Assembly (NCBI GenBank): GCA_051294375.1
Contig: CM119266.1
Location: 21,093,992 to 21,157,986 of the forward strand
From: Paraspadella gotoi
Taxonomy: Eukaryota > Animalia > Chaetognatha
Length of the DNA stretch: 63,995 nucleotides
Reading direction: 5' to 3'
How positions within the stretch are numbered: position 1 is the stretch's first letter; every line of letters starts with the position of its first letter. This document shows positions 44,298 through 58,360 of the stretch, in pieces. A program made the position numbers and the translations under genes. The notes under the pieces are model-generated. The model did not search any database, had not been told where the DNA came from, and saw only the letters and a program-made list of their open reading frames with translations.

Positions 44298-44604
44298 AAA
44301 ATTAGTACAACCAAATAAAAATTATCCATTCATTTAATAAATGAGCTACCTTCCCTGACTTTTCGACAGGCTTGGGTGGTTTAAGGCCTCCATCACTCTT
44401 AAAAGATACTGACATAGTAGCTTCCTGCAAGCTTTCAATCAAGACTCTCTCACAGTCTTATTTATTCATTTCCCAAATTACCTGGCTTCCCTATCAATGA
44501 ATACGTATAATATTTCAAAGAATGTTGCAATTGTATGAAAAGTATTAGATCGGGAATACTATATTGTACTTCGCCCAGAATCAAAATACAAGGGGCTGAA
44601 TGAA
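44298..44604 (-). mobile_element. Family A, about one full monomer (twister motif ~44347-44408)
   Basis: Minus strand aagagtgatggaggccttaaaccacccaagcctgtcgaaaagtcagg. Confidence 0.85.
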
Positions 44605-45583
44605 AGCAAAATATTATTAAAACAGAAAAAAGAACACAGCACCGAAATTATTTCATTATTCATAAATGTAGTAACTATGACAGGCGATTAACTTGACGAT
44701 TTTTTTTGGTTTTTTACCCATTTTATGACAGCGTTTCTTTTTTAATGGAATCGGCGGCGGCGGCGCTGCGGCGGCGGCGCGGGCGGCGGTGGCGGCGGCG
44801 GCGCGGCGGCGTTGGAGAGGAATTCCTTATCCACAATTTTTTTTTTTAGTTTCCCGGATGAATTTGCCTCTCGGTACAGAGTGGCAAGACCTTTCCTTAT
44901 ATGATAAACGGAGGAGGAGGAAAATTAAGTGAGTGAATGTGGAGAGACTGAATGAATGGATGACTTGTATGTGTAAGTGTGCGTGTGCATGTGATGGTGA
45001 CATGAGTGTGTGAGTATGGAGCGCAGTGGGGGAATACATGAGTGTGAGTATCTAAAATTAGTTAGTGTGAGCGACACGGAAAGAACATCACAAATTCAAT
45101 CGAGCCTTCCCCGAGATTAAAATAGAAACATTTTGAGTTGCCACTGATACGCGGCAATCAGGGTCAAAGCAAAGGCGTAATCAATCTCTGCAGAAGAGAG
45201 AGAGAGAGAGAGATGAGGAGAGACGATAGAGAGAGAGAGAGAGTGAGAGAGAGAGACGAGAGAGAGAGAGAGAGGAGAGAGAGAGCTTCGGCATTTTTTA
45301 GATTCCTCGAATCCAAACATGAATTGGAGCGAAGGAAAATCGTGAGGGAGGAAAACGCTCAAGAAAGAAATAAAATGAAATCGGAATTTTCCAAAGGAAC
45401 GGGTCAAAGTACAGGTTTCTTTCCAATTTTTCAATTCGAACGGTAGAGAATGTTGAAGAAGGCAGAAAAGAAAGGGAGAGAGGGGGGAGAGAGAGAGAGA
45501 AGAGAGAGAGAAGAGAGGATAGAGAGAGAGAGAGAGATGAGAAAAGGAGAAGAGAGAAAGAGGAGAGGAGAGAGAGAGAAGAG

Positions 45584-45619
<36 letters not shown>

Positions 45620-46003
45620 TAGAAGGTGGTGTTCATTCCATGGAAAATGTATTTGCATATTGAAGCGGTTTGAATTGAAAGAAAAATCTTTTTTATTTGG
45701 CTCCGGCAAAGTTGTATTTACAATCACGGTTTACTTTATAATATTTTTTTGAAAATGTTTACGCATAATATCTTCTAAAATAGCGTTTTTTTCTTAATTA
45801 CAATGATTTTATTAAACTAATTTTCACAATGTCTTTCTCTCTTTCTCTCTCTCTCTTTCGCTTCAACAGTCTCTCCTCTCTATCTTTCACCCTCTCCTTC
45901 GCAATCCCCTTTCGCCAAAGGACCTTCGCCTTTTCGAAATCTCCGCGACATTTGACTCCCATAAATTCCCAAAATTCGATAACCCTCAGCGAGCAACATT
46001 TCA

Positions 46004-46075
<72 letters not shown>

Positions 46076-46512
46076 CTCTCGTTCCGCCTCGTTCCCAACG
46101 GAACAAGATGGCCGGTCGATGCCCGTATCTTCTCAGTTTGCTTCTGCATCTTCCTCCTTCCTCCTCCTCCTCCTCCTCTCCTCCTCCCCTCTCCACAAAT
46201 TTTTTATCTCTCTCCTTACAACCGGTTCTATAATCCATTCATGTTTCTCTTTTCTCACCACTACCCTCTCGGCAACCTTATCTTCTATTTTCCTTTTTAT
46301 TCTCAATTTTAAAAACTCTTGTGTCTTCTTCTCTTCCTCCCTTCCTCCCTTCTTCCTCCCTTCCTCTCATCTACTCGCAAACCCGCCCTCCCCACACGCC
46401 TTCCAGCGCGAAGCAATAGCCAGGGAATTTGATGGAGCTGCGAAAGAGGTCAGAGGTCAAGCCCGTTAAAACGGCGGCAACTTGCCCGACTTTGGGCGCC
46501 TTCGCGATTTTG

Positions 46513-46567
<55 letters not shown>

Positions 46568-47565
46568 ATGAGAGAGAGAGAAGACAGAGAGAAAGACGAG
46601 AGAATGGGGCGTGTTGGGAGGCGGTATACAGGGTGGCGTTGAGGGACAAAGGAGACGTGAGCTACTCAACAAGCATGTCGTTCCATCGGCCTCAATACTC
46701 ACAAGTCGGAACGCAACCGAAATATTCTTTGTTGTATTCTGTTGCTAGGAAAATCAAACAAATACGAAAAGACGAAAATATGAAACCAAACAGAGAATAA
46801 AGGTGGCCCCTCCCTTTAAAAAAATTCAAAACTTTATTATTAAATTCGATTTACACCAATATTTTTTAAAGAATAGAGAAATATTTAGTGAAGAGATATA
46901 TTGTGTTTCTTAATTCTGAATTTAGATATCAGTTTTGGCGAACAGCCACTCCTGGAAATTTCAAACTATTGCGGTCAGTGAGTCAACTTAGTATTTACCA
47001 TTTAGCGAATGGCATTCAGCAAATTCAATTCAGCGTATGGCATACTACGAATGGCATCCAGTCAAATTTATAAATGCCACTTTGCCAATTCCTTTTTTCT
47101 CCAACAAAAAAGCTAGGTCGATGTGAGGGAGAGACGAATGCGGTGAGACGGGATATGCGGTGTGGCGACTGAGGCGATCATCGAGGGCGAGGATGGAAAA
47201 GGATTGGAAACTAAGGAAAAAAAAGGAAAATAGGAAAGGAAGAGGAATAAGGAAAAGGGCGGGGGAGGTGATTTTCGGGCGAACCCGGCCACATAAATCC
47301 AGGAGATGCCAGCGATGACCCCGTATTGGGAAACACTCATGAAATATTGGAAAGAAACATATCAACAAACGTCGAAGAGACCAGCGCCAGGGCGTCGTCG
47401 CTCTCTCTCTGCTCTCTTCTTCTCTCTCTCGTCTCTCTCTCTCTCTTCTCTTCTCTCTCTTCTCTCTCTCTCTCTCTCTCTTCTCTGTATCTGCTCTATC
47501 TAACCTTCCTTTTCGCGATTCCGCATGTTAAAAATTCTTGAGAAAATCATACATAATATCACATA

Positions 47566-48062
47566 TGAATAAACGAGACTGTGGAAAGAGTCTTGATTGA
47601 AAGCTTACGGGGACCTGCCTATGTCATTATCTGCTTGTAAGGATGATGAAGGCCTTAACCACCAAAGCCTGTCCAAAGTCAGGGGCAAGATAGCTTATTT
47701 ATTAAATGAATGGATAATTTTTATATTGTTCTACCAATTTCATAAAATTCAGCTCTTTGTATTTTTGATGCTGGGCGGAGTACAATATAGTATTCCCCGA
47801 TCTAATACTTAAGGGAGTGGTCTTTTCATACAAGTGAAACATTCTTTTAAACATTATACCACTTCAGTGATAGGGAAACCAGGTACACTCTGGAGTGAAT
47901 AACGAGACTGTGAGGAGAGTCTCGATTGAAAGCTTGCAGGGACCTGCGTATGTCATTATCTTGGCTTAAACCACCCAAAGCCTCCACAAAAAAGTCAGGG
48001 CGAAGATTGAGCTTATTTATTAAATGAATGAATAATTTTTATTGGTGTTGTACCAATTCATA
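47566..48062 (+). mobile_element. Family A, ~1.5 head-to-tail units (monomer ~325 bp)
   Basis: gaataaacgagactg at 47567 recurs at ~47897; the second twister copy has a ~13 nt deletion. Confidence 0.85.
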
Positions 48063-50264
48063 TATAATATATATATAATTATAATCACTTATACATAAAA
48101 TTTATATGCTTTATAGCGTATTACTCGATCATCTTCGTCCATTGATGCTTTTTTTTCTTCCAAAGACATTTTTAAGGGCAGAAACGAAAGCTAAAAACTT
48201 CAAATTACTCTCAGAACAAATTTTCTTTCTCTCCTTTTTGGCTACAGAATGAAATCTTTGCTTTAGTCTTAAGATGAATTTGCGTAAATCAGATGGAATT
48301 TTGACACATTCTTCCTCTTTCCCCCAGAAAAAAAAAAATTTTAGCTGTCGTCTCGCGTTTCCCTTTTTTTTTGTCGAGGTTTTTGTTTTTTTTTTAAACA
48401 TCGTTTTTTAATCTAAGGAATGTTTATTTAAATTTTCTATTTTCTTTGTTGTTCTATGATAAGTTCGATGTCTTTTTCAGCTTTCAAACTGAAGACAATT
48501 TTTTTTGGTTGTGTTGTTATTTTTTTTTTCTTTGGCTAATTTCTTTATATATTTTTTGTAACACCGGGCGTCTCCTTTTCGAACCAATCTCTCTCTCTCC
48601 TCTCTCCTCTCTCTCATCTTCTCTTCTCTCTCTTCCCTCTCTTCTCTTCTCTCTTCCAAGAGAAGATCATGTCGGTGACACGTGAAATTCTCGTGAAAGC
48701 GGATCGTTTTCGGTCTTTAAGTCCCTTTTTACTTTTGTTACTTTTTTTTTGCCATACTCATTTTCTTTAATTTGATTTTAAAAATTAAAAATTTTTGAGA
48801 AAGAGAAAAAGTGAGTTTCGTGTTTATCTTTTTTCTTCTAACCTGACAAATGGTCGCCAAAGGTGTTGAAAACTATTATAAGAGTGCGAGACGATTTGGA
48901 CCCAAGTCTCCAAGTCCAAGTCTGAGAAACGATGGAGAGAAAGAAAGTTCTCGAACCTGGGGCGTCGAGACCAAGATGCAGAGGCGTGAGGTTTTGAAGA
49001 CCTGAGACCAGAAAATTTGTTAAGGTCGTATGACGGAGATTTCATTCATCTCTCTCTTTTCATATTAACATTCTTCGCTTTATATTTCCGCTTCTTATGT
49101 TATGTAAATTTTGATTACATTCCGTCTCTTCCCGTAATCATGAACTTCCCCGACTTACATTCCTGTCATTGTTCGCCTCTCCCCTTTTCTTTCCACTTCT
49201 CCGCCTCGCGCGCCATCTCTCTCCGCTTTCTCCTCCCGGGATCATCGCCGCTTTCCGCTCGACATAATGGAATTTATCGACGCAGATTTGGGCGGCAGAA
49301 AAAAAAAAGATCATCATCGTCGTCGTCGTCGTCGTCGTCGGCGAGGTCCTTCCCCGCCGACGTCGACCTACCCAAATGGGTTATGGCCATGATGATATGG
49401 GCAAAGATAAGAGAAGCGACCGAAAATCTCTTGGAATCGGAAGAAGAAGAAGACCGGAAGAAGATGAATAGCGAAGAAGGAGAAGAAGGAGAGGAATGAG
49501 ACGAAGACCGGGAAGAACCGGGTCTCTGGATCTTCCATCTTTCCGAAATGTAGATTGAATTCGTTTCTAGGTTGAAAGTGGAATTAAGATCCCGGGTTGA
49601 GAGTGGAATTAAACATGACCCTTTTTTATCGGCGAAGTCGTTGACCAGGCTGGAAGCGAGGTCGTATCTTCAACGAGATATCGATATCTGGTCTCATGGA
49701 GCTACCTGGTGGATGACTGGTTGAGTACAAGGAGGTTCTCGGTTATTCTTTTCGATATTTAAAGATTGTTAAATTGTCTTTGTGAAATAATTAGTAGAAC
49801 CCAAGTCAAAACAATCTCTCTATTCCCTAAAACCCTCCGCAAACGTCCAATCCAGCGAAGACCCAATATATTTTATTTTCAAATTCTCTTTCTCTTTCTT
49901 TTTGCTCTCTCTCTCTCTCTCTATCTCTCTCCGGCCTTCCGGATTTTGACAGCGGGAACGAGGCTCTAAATTCAATAATTCTCTTCTTTCCTTCGAATTT
50001 GATGACCGGATTTTGACAAAAATGGTGATGGAATTCCGGAGACGGATGTTTAAAAACTCGGACCCCTGGCCTCTCCTCCCCCTTTGAGGAGGGGATATCC
50101 TCGGATTGGGGGGACGTAGCCTGACCTCGTAATTCCTCTGTTCAATGACACTTTTTTCAAATGAGTTGGAGGAAGTTGGTCCAAAGAAAATGGAAACGGG
50201 GATAGGAGGCTGGGCGGTGATCAGTGAATGCTATTATACTCGGATTATGTTAGAAAGAAAATAT

Positions 50265-50600
50265 AAAATTAGTACAACCAATATAAAAATTATCCATTCA
50301 TTTAATAAATGAGCTACCTTGCCCCTGACTTTCGACAGGCTTGGGTGGTTTAAGGCCTCCATCACTCTTAAAAGATACTGACATAGTAGCTTCCTGCAAG
50401 CTTTCAATCAAGACTCTCTCACAGTCTTATTTATTCATTCCCAAATTACCTGGCTTCCCTATCAATGAATACGTATAATATTTCAAAGAATGTTGCAATT
50501 GTATGAAAAGTATTAGATCGGGAAATACTATATTGTACTTCGCCCANNNNNNNNNNNNNNNNNNNNNNNNNAGACATCAAAATACAAGGGGCTGAATGAA
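50265..50600 (-). mobile_element. Family A copy (twister motif 50315-50377)
   Basis: Duplicate of 44298-44604. Confidence 0.85.
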
Positions 50601-52868
50601 AGCAAAATATTATTAAACACAGAAAAAGAACACAGCACCGAAATTATTTCATTATTTCATAATGTTAGTAACTATGACAGGCGATTAATCTTGACGATTT
50701 TTTTTGGTTTTTTACCCATTTTATGACAGCGTTTCTTTTTTAAATGGAATCGGGCGGCGGCGGCGGCGGCCGGGCGGCGGCGGCGGCGGCGTGGCGGCTG
50801 GCGGCGGCGGCGTGTGGAGAGGAATTCCTTATCCACAATTTTTTTTTTTAGTTTCCCGGATGAATTTGCCTCTCGGTACAGAGTGGCAAGACCTTTCCTT
50901 ATATGATAAACGGAGGAGGAGGAATAATAGATTGAATGAAACGTGAATGATGGAGAGACTGAATGAATGGAATGACTTGTATTGGTAAGTGTGCGTGTGC
51001 ATTGTGATGGTGAGTGAGTGTGTGAGTATGGAGCGCAGTGGGGATACATGAGTGTGAGTATCTAGAAATTAGTTAGTGTGAGCGACACGGAAAGAACATC
51101 ACAAATTCAATCGAGCCTTCCCCGAGATAAAATAGAAAACATTTTGAGTTGCCACTGATACGCGGCAATCAGGGTCAAAGCAAAGGCGTATCAATCTCTG
51201 CAGAGAGAGCGAGAGATGAAGAGAAGAAGAGAGAGAGAGAGATGAGAGGAGAGAGAGGAGACGAGAGAGGAGGAGAGGAGAGACGAGAGAAGGAGAGAGA
51301 GAGAGAGAGAGAGCTTCGGCATTTTAGATTCCTCGAATCCAAACATGAATTGGAGCGAAGGAAAACGTGAGGGAGAAAGACGCTCAAGAAAGAAATAAAA
51401 ATGAAATCGGAATTTTTCCAAAGGAACGGTCAAAGTACAGGTTTCTCTTGCCTACGAGGATTAATATTCTCGAGATCGGAGTCTCCGAACAGCTGTGCTT
51501 GTGAGCATGATTATCTCTCCGCACGAGACTCGTCGAAAGAACGGCATGAAAACGCAGAGGCGTGAGAGAGGGTGGCAGAGAGAGACGTGAACGTCCCACG
51601 CCTGTCGATACCGCTTTCCTTTCGAGCGTAAGGTCCAAGATGCCGAGGAAAATTGTGATTTGTGTCGCCGGTTTGATTGAAGACGTACGAGGGGAGCAGA
51701 GGAAATGGTTAACCAGAGTAATCCACGATGTCCCCTCCCTTCTTTCCACCAGAACGCACCGTAACTTCTGAAGGACCGTTTGGCGTGGAGCTTCGAACTC
51801 CGTAAGCAGATGTCGGATGGTCGAGTCTGCCTCCGCAGTTGACGGCGGAGACTTGCCTGACCTTGCGGTCGGTCAGACGCGGCATGGTAGGTCGAAGGGA
51901 GCCGGAGCGGCTCTTCCGGGGCTGAATTTGAGAGAAGAAGCTTGTGACATACTTCTCGGTGAGATCTGATGGTTAACATTTTTTGTCGCCGGCGCGGATT
52001 CGAGAGAGGATACGGAGAAATGCATGAGTCCCTTCTTGGGACGACCATTGATATGGCGTTTTGAAGAGATGTGTATCGAGGTAGTTTTATTCTATCTAGG
52101 CCGTTTAATCGTTTAGATATTTTGTTCACGGGCCATTCCAGATTATTTCCAGGGGAGTTTATTTTTCGCGGACCAACTACAGGCTGGACTGATGCGTAAG
52201 ACAACTTATATTATGAGCGCAGGCTGAGATTTATTTTCGACAAATCCGAACGGAAGTGTATTTACGATTAAACAAAACGGCGCAACAGATAGAAAAATAC
52301 GATAAAAAGATAATAAATGAGTTAATATTAATATTAAAGCCGAGATCTAATAGCGACGGAGAATAACACAAACAAAAAAAAGCGAGATTTAGTTTATTAA
52401 GGGTTTGGTATAATAAAGTTCATGACTTATCGCTCTCCGATCGACAATGACGGGGAAGATCAAGGAATGCGTAATCTCGAGCTATGAATGAGTCTCGCAT
52501 ATGGGGGACAGCATTCCATGGAAAATGTATTTGCATATTGAAGCGGTTTGAATTTGAAAGAAAATCTTTTATTTGGCTCCGGCAAAGTTGTATTTACAAT
52601 CACGGTTTACTTTATAATATTTTTTTGAAAATGTTTACGCATAATATCTTCTAAATAGCGTTTTTTCTTAATAACAATGATTTATTAAACTAATTTCACA
52701 ATGTCTTTCTCTTTCTCTCTCTCTCTCGCTTCAACAGTCTCTCTCTCTATCTTTCACCCTCTCCTTCGCATCCCCTTTCGCCAAAGGACCTTCGCCTTTT
52801 CGAATCTCCGCGACATTTGACTCCCATAAATTCCCAAAATTCGATAACCCTCAGCGAGCAACATTTCA

Positions 52869-52933
<65 letters not shown>

Positions 52934-53360
52934 CCGCTCGTTCCCCAACGGACAAGATGGCCGTCGATGCCCGTATCTTCTCAGTTTGCTTCTGCATCTT
53001 CTTCCTCCTCCTCCTCCTCCTCCTCCTCCTCCCCTTCCACAAATTTTTTATCTCTCTCCTTACAACCGGTTCTATAATCCATTCATGTTTCTCTTTTCTC
53101 ACCCACTACCCTCTTGGCAACCTTATCTTCTATTTTCCTTTTATTCTCAATTTTAAAAAATCTTGTTCTCTCTTCTCTTCCTCCCTTCCTCCCCTTCTCT
53201 TCCTCCCTTCCTCTCTCTACTCGCAACCCGCCCTCCCCACACGCCTTCCAGCGCGAAGCAATAGCCAGGGAATTATGATGGAGCTGCGAAGAGGTCAGAG
53301 GTCAAGCCCGTAAAACGGCGGCAACTTGCCCCGACTTTGGGCGCCTTTCGCGATTTTGTG

Positions 53361-53409
<49 letters not shown>

Positions 53410-54272
53410 AGAGAATGGGGCGTGTTGGGAGGCGGTATACAGGGGTGGCGTTGAGGGACAAAGGAGACGTGAGCTACTCAACAAGCATGTCGTTCCATTC
53501 GGCCTCAATACTCACAAGTCGGAACGCAGACCGAAATATTCTTTGTTGTATTCTGTTGCTAGAAAATCAAACAAGATACGAAAAGACGAAAATATGAAAC
53601 AAAACGAGAATAAAAGGTCGCCCCTCCCTTAAAAAAATCAAAACTTTATTATTAAATTCGATTTACACAAATTTTTTAAAAAAGAGAAATTTTAGTGAAG
53701 ATATATTGTGTTTCTTAATTCTGAATTTTAGATATCAGTTTTGGCGAACAGCCACTCCTGGAAATTTCAACTATTGCGGTCAGTGAGATCAACCTAGTAT
53801 TTACCATTTAGCGAATGGCATTCAGCAAATTCCATTCAGCGTATGGCATACTACGAATGGCATCCAGTCAAATTTATAAATGCCACTTTGCCAATTCCTT
53901 TTTTCCAACAAAAAAGCTAGGGTCGAGTGTGAGGGAGAGACGAATGCGGTGAGACGGGATGCGAGTGGCGACTGAGGACGATCATCGAGGGCGAGGATGG
54001 AAAAAGGATTGGAAACTAAGGAAAAAAAAAAGGAAAATAGGAAAGGAAGAGGAATAAGGAAAAGGGCGGGGGAGGTGATTTTCGGGCGAACCCGGCCACA
54101 TAAATCCAGGAGATGACCAGCGATGACCCGCGTATTGGTAAACACTCATGAAATATTGGAAAGAACATATCAACAAACGTCGAAGAGACCAGCGCCAGGG
54201 GGTCGTCGCTCTCTCTCTCTNNNNNNNNNNNNNNNNNNNNNNNNNCTCTTCTTCTTTTGTTTCTCTTCTCTC

Positions 54273-54336
<64 letters not shown>

Positions 54337-54404
54337 GCTCTACTCTAACCTTCTTTTCGCGATCCCGCATGTAAAAATCTTAGAAAATCATACATAATAT
54401 CACA

Positions 54405-54882
54405 TGAATAAACGAGACTGTGAAAGAGTCTTGATTGAAAGCTTACGGGGACCTGCTATTGTCATTATCTTGTTAAGAATGATGAAGGCCTTAAACCACC
54501 AAAGCCTGTCCAAAGTCAGGGGCAAGATAGCTTATTTATTAAATGAATGGATAATTTTTATATTGTTCTACCAATTTCATAAAATTCAGCTCTTTGTATT
54601 TTGATGTCTGGGGGAGTACAATATAGTATTCCCCGATCTAATACTCTAAGGGAGTGGTCTTTTATACAAGTGAAACATTCTTTTAAACATTATACCACTT
54701 CAGTGATAGGGAAACCAGGTACTCTGGAGTGAATAACGAGACCTGTGAGAGAGTCTTGATTGAAAGCTTATGGGGACCTGGTATGCAATTATCTTGTTAA
54801 AAACCAAAGCCCCAAAGTCAGGGCAAGATAGCTTATTTATTAAATGAATGAATAATTTTTATATTGGTTTGTACCAATTTAA
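54405..54882 (+). mobile_element. Family A, ~1.5 tandem units
   Basis: Duplicate of 47566-48062. Confidence 0.85.
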
Positions 54883-55370
54883 TATATAATATATATAAAT
54901 TATAATCACTTATACATAAAATTTATATGCTTTATAGCGTATTACTCGATCATCTTCGTCCATTGAATGCTTTTTTTTTCTTCCAAACATTTTTAAGGGC
55001 AGAAACGAAAGCTAAAAACTTCAAATTACTCTCAGAAACAAATTTTTTTCTCTCCTTTTTGGGCTACAGAATGAAATCTTTGCTTTAGTCTTAAGATGAA
55101 TTTGCGTAAATCAGATGGAATTTTGACATTTCTTCTCTTTCCCCCAGAAAAAAAAAATTTTAGCTGTCGTCTCGCGTTTCCCTTTTTTTTTGTCGAGGTT
55201 TTTGTTTTTTAAACATAGTTTTTTAATCTAAGGAATGTTTATTTAAATTTTCTTATTTTCTTTGTTGTTCTATGATATTTTCTCTCTCTGTATTTCTGCT
55301 CTATCTAACCTTCTTTTTCGCGATTCCGCATGTTAAAAATTCTGAGAAAATCATACATAATATCACATAT

Positions 55371-55860
55371 GAATAAACGAGACTGTGAAAGAGTCTTGAT
55401 TGAAAGCTTACGGGGACCTGCTATGTCATTATCTTGTAAGAATGATGAAGGCCTTAAACCACCAAAGCCTGTCCAAAGTCAGGGGCAAGATAGCTTATTT
55501 ATTAAATGAATGGATAATTTTTATATTGCTTCTACCAATTTCATAAAATTCAGCTCTTTGTATTTTGATGCTGGGCGGAGTACAATATAGTATTCTCCGA
55601 TCTAATACTTAAGGGAGTGGTCTTTTCATACAAGTGAAACATTCTTTTAAACATTATACCACTTCAGTGATAGGGAAACCAGAGTACACTCTGGAAGTGA
55701 ATAAACGAGACTGTGAGAGAGTCTCGATTGAAAGCTTGCAGGGACCTGCTATGTCATTATCTTGGCCTTAAACCACCAAAGCCTGTCCAAAGTCAGGGGC
55801 AAGATAGCTTATTTATTAAATGAATGAATAATTTTTATATTGGTTGTACCAATTTCATAT
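55371..55860 (+). mobile_element. Family A, ~1.5 tandem units (twister motif 55430-55492)
   Basis: tatcttgt-aa-gaat-GA-tga-aggcct-TAA-acc-acc-aaa-g-cctg-t-cca-aagt-cagg-g-gcaagata; fully paired 8 bp P5. Confidence 0.85.
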
Positions 55861-56376
55861 ATAATATATATATAATTATAATCACTTATACATAAAATTT
55901 ATATGCTTTATAGCGTATTACTCGATCATCTTCGTCCATTGATGCTTTTTTTTTCTTCCAAAACATTTTTAAGGGCAGAAACGAAAGCTAAAAACTTCAA
56001 ATTACTCTCAGAACAAATTTTTTTCTCTCCTTTTTGGGCTACAGAATGAAATCTTTGCTTTAGTCTTAAGATGAATTTGCGTAAATCAGATGGAATTTTG
56101 ACATTTCTTCCTCTTTCCCCCAGAAAAAAAAAATTTTAGCTGTCGTCTCGCGTTTCCCTTTTTTTTGTCGAGGTTTTTGTTTTTTAAACATCGTTTTTTT
56201 TTTTAATCTAAGGAATGTTTATTTAAATTTTCTTATTTTCTTTGTTGTTCTATGATAAGTTCGATGTCTTTTTCAGCTTTAAACGAGACAATTTTTTTTT
56301 GGTGTGCTTAAATTTTTTTTTTCTTTGCTAATTCGCTTTTATATTTTTGTAACACCGGGCGTCTCCTTTTCGCACA

Positions 56377-56422
<46 letters not shown>

Positions 56423-57294
56423 GCCTCTCACCTCTCTCGTCTCTCCAAGAGAAGATCATCGGGTGAACGTGAAATCTCGTGAAAGCATCGTTTTCGGTCT
56501 TTAAGTCCCTTTTTTACTTTTTTTACTTTTTTTTTTGCCAACTCATTTTCTTAATTTGATTTTAAAGATAAAATTTTGAGAAAGAGAAAAAAGTGAGTTC
56601 GTGTTTATCTTTTTTCTTCTTAACCTGACAAATGGTCGCCAAAAGGTGTGAAAACTATTAAGAGTGCGAGACGGTCGGACCCAAGTCTCAAGTCCAAGTC
56701 TGAGAAACGATGAGAGAGAAAGAAAGTTCTCGAACCTGGGGCTCGAGACCCAAGATTCAGAGCGTGGTTTCGAAGACCTGAGACCCAGAAATTGTAAGGT
56801 CGATGACCGGAGATTTCATCTCAAAAATAAATTCACCTTTTTTACTTTTTTATTGAAATTATTTTTTTTTTTAAATTACATCATCAATTTTCAACAAACG
56901 AACGAACGATGACACGAAAACCTCGAAAATATCTCATCTCCGACTTTCAACTCGAATTTCTTCTCGATGTATTTATTCTTTTTTTTTTTTCATTTCTTCC
57001 CCAAATATTTTCCAGATGAGTTCTGAGTTCTGAGTTCTGAGTTCTCTCGGCCGAGAGACGAATTTTGAGCCACAACAGTCGAATTTTGAGGAAAACGAAA
57101 TAAACAGGGAAAAGAGAAAAAAGAATCAAAATATTTTTGCGGATTCGATGTTTGATGGATTTGGGGTGGCTCTTTAAAGTGAATATATTTATCAATATAT
57201 ATTTGGATAGTTTTGCTTACTCTGTTACCCAACATTAGAGAATTTGATTCAAATACTGCGGCTGTTTTTAAATTATTAATTATCTCTTTCTCTT

Positions 57295-57329
<35 letters not shown>

Positions 57330-57557
57330 TTTTTTTTCTCTTTTCTCTCTTTTCCCTTTCTCCTCGTCCAACACAAAATATCAAACCGCCACGCTGGGTA
57401 ATGCATTTTACTCCAATTAAACAAACACATAAAAACCTGATGAAAAAATAACGATTTGTTCGGCGAAATTTAAAAACATGAAAGGTTTTTAGAGAGAAAA
57501 AGGAAAAAAAAAATATTTCAGTTTATTTTTTTAGTTTCGTGCATAACGCTTTTATAA

Positions 57558-57594
<37 letters not shown>

Positions 57595-58021
57595 TATCGT
57601 CACCGGGGTGTTAGTCATCTCTAAATACGTCATCCCAGACGTCATACTCATAAAGTTTAAAAAAAAAAAAAAAAAAANNNNNNNNNNNNNNNNNNNNNNN
57701 NNNNNNNNNNNNNNNNNNNNNNNNNNNNNNNNNNNNNNNNNNNNNNNNNNNNNNNNNNNNNNNNNNNNNNNNNNNNNNNNNNNNNNNNNNNNNNNNNNNN
57801 NNNNNNNNNNNNNNNNNNNNNNNNNNNNNNNNNNNNNNNNNNNNNNNNNNNNNNNNNNATGCGACTCCGTATTAAAAACAGAATCGAACAAATTATCGTC
57901 GAGTTTTGGAAAAAATAAAATGAGGTCACGTGATCAATTTCACAAAAGGACTGGTGAAGATTAAGTGCCTTTCATCTCGCCGAATTCGGAAACGTTATCG
58001 TCTGTTCGGCTTCCATCTTCT

Positions 58022-58073
<52 letters not shown>

Positions 58074-58213
58074 AACCTCCAACCCCTCTTTCATTTCAAC
58101 TTATCACAGTATCAAAATATACTTTTCAAATGTCCAAAAACATCTTCGGTCAGTGTTCCAAAGTTCCATCCTTTTCACCTTGAAAACCTCAAGGTTTATT
58201 ATAGTAAACCTGC

Positions 58214-58360
58214 CACGCGACAACCATTCAACCACCACCTCCCACCCGACCACCACTCAACCACCACCTCCCACGCGACCACCATTCAACCACCACTTCC
58301 CACCCTACCACCAGGTCCACCTCCCACCCGACCACCATTCAACCACCACCTCCCACTCCG
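58214..58360. repeat. C/A-rich minisatellite, 29 bp unit, ~5 copies
   Basis: cac(g/c)cgaccaccattcaaccaccacctcc at 58214, 58243, 58272 and onward. Confidence 0.9.

Larger units (their letters stand above)
43084..49050 (+). repeat. ~6 kb block duplicated in tandem at 49059-56822; the second copy has an extra ~950 bp internal duplication (54330-55278) and a replacement at 51450-52511
   Basis: Collinear near-identity starting at ttcatattaacattcttcgc. Confidence 0.95.

Noticed and set aside
51461-52204. 247 aa ORF as an annotated gene
   Set aside because: Non-ATG start, R/S-rich composition typical of a wrong frame, and no recognisable homology; kept only as a finding.
54404-54604. GIY-YIG C-terminus-like reading of family A (ERVLIESL...NDEG)
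   Set aside because: Short, and the frame is not kept between copies; the RNA fold explains the conservation better.
55441-55470. Hammerhead in family A (aTGATGAaggcc...gcct)
   Set aside because: No CUGA and no GAAA after the stem; tga is a variant of the twister T1 strand tgg.
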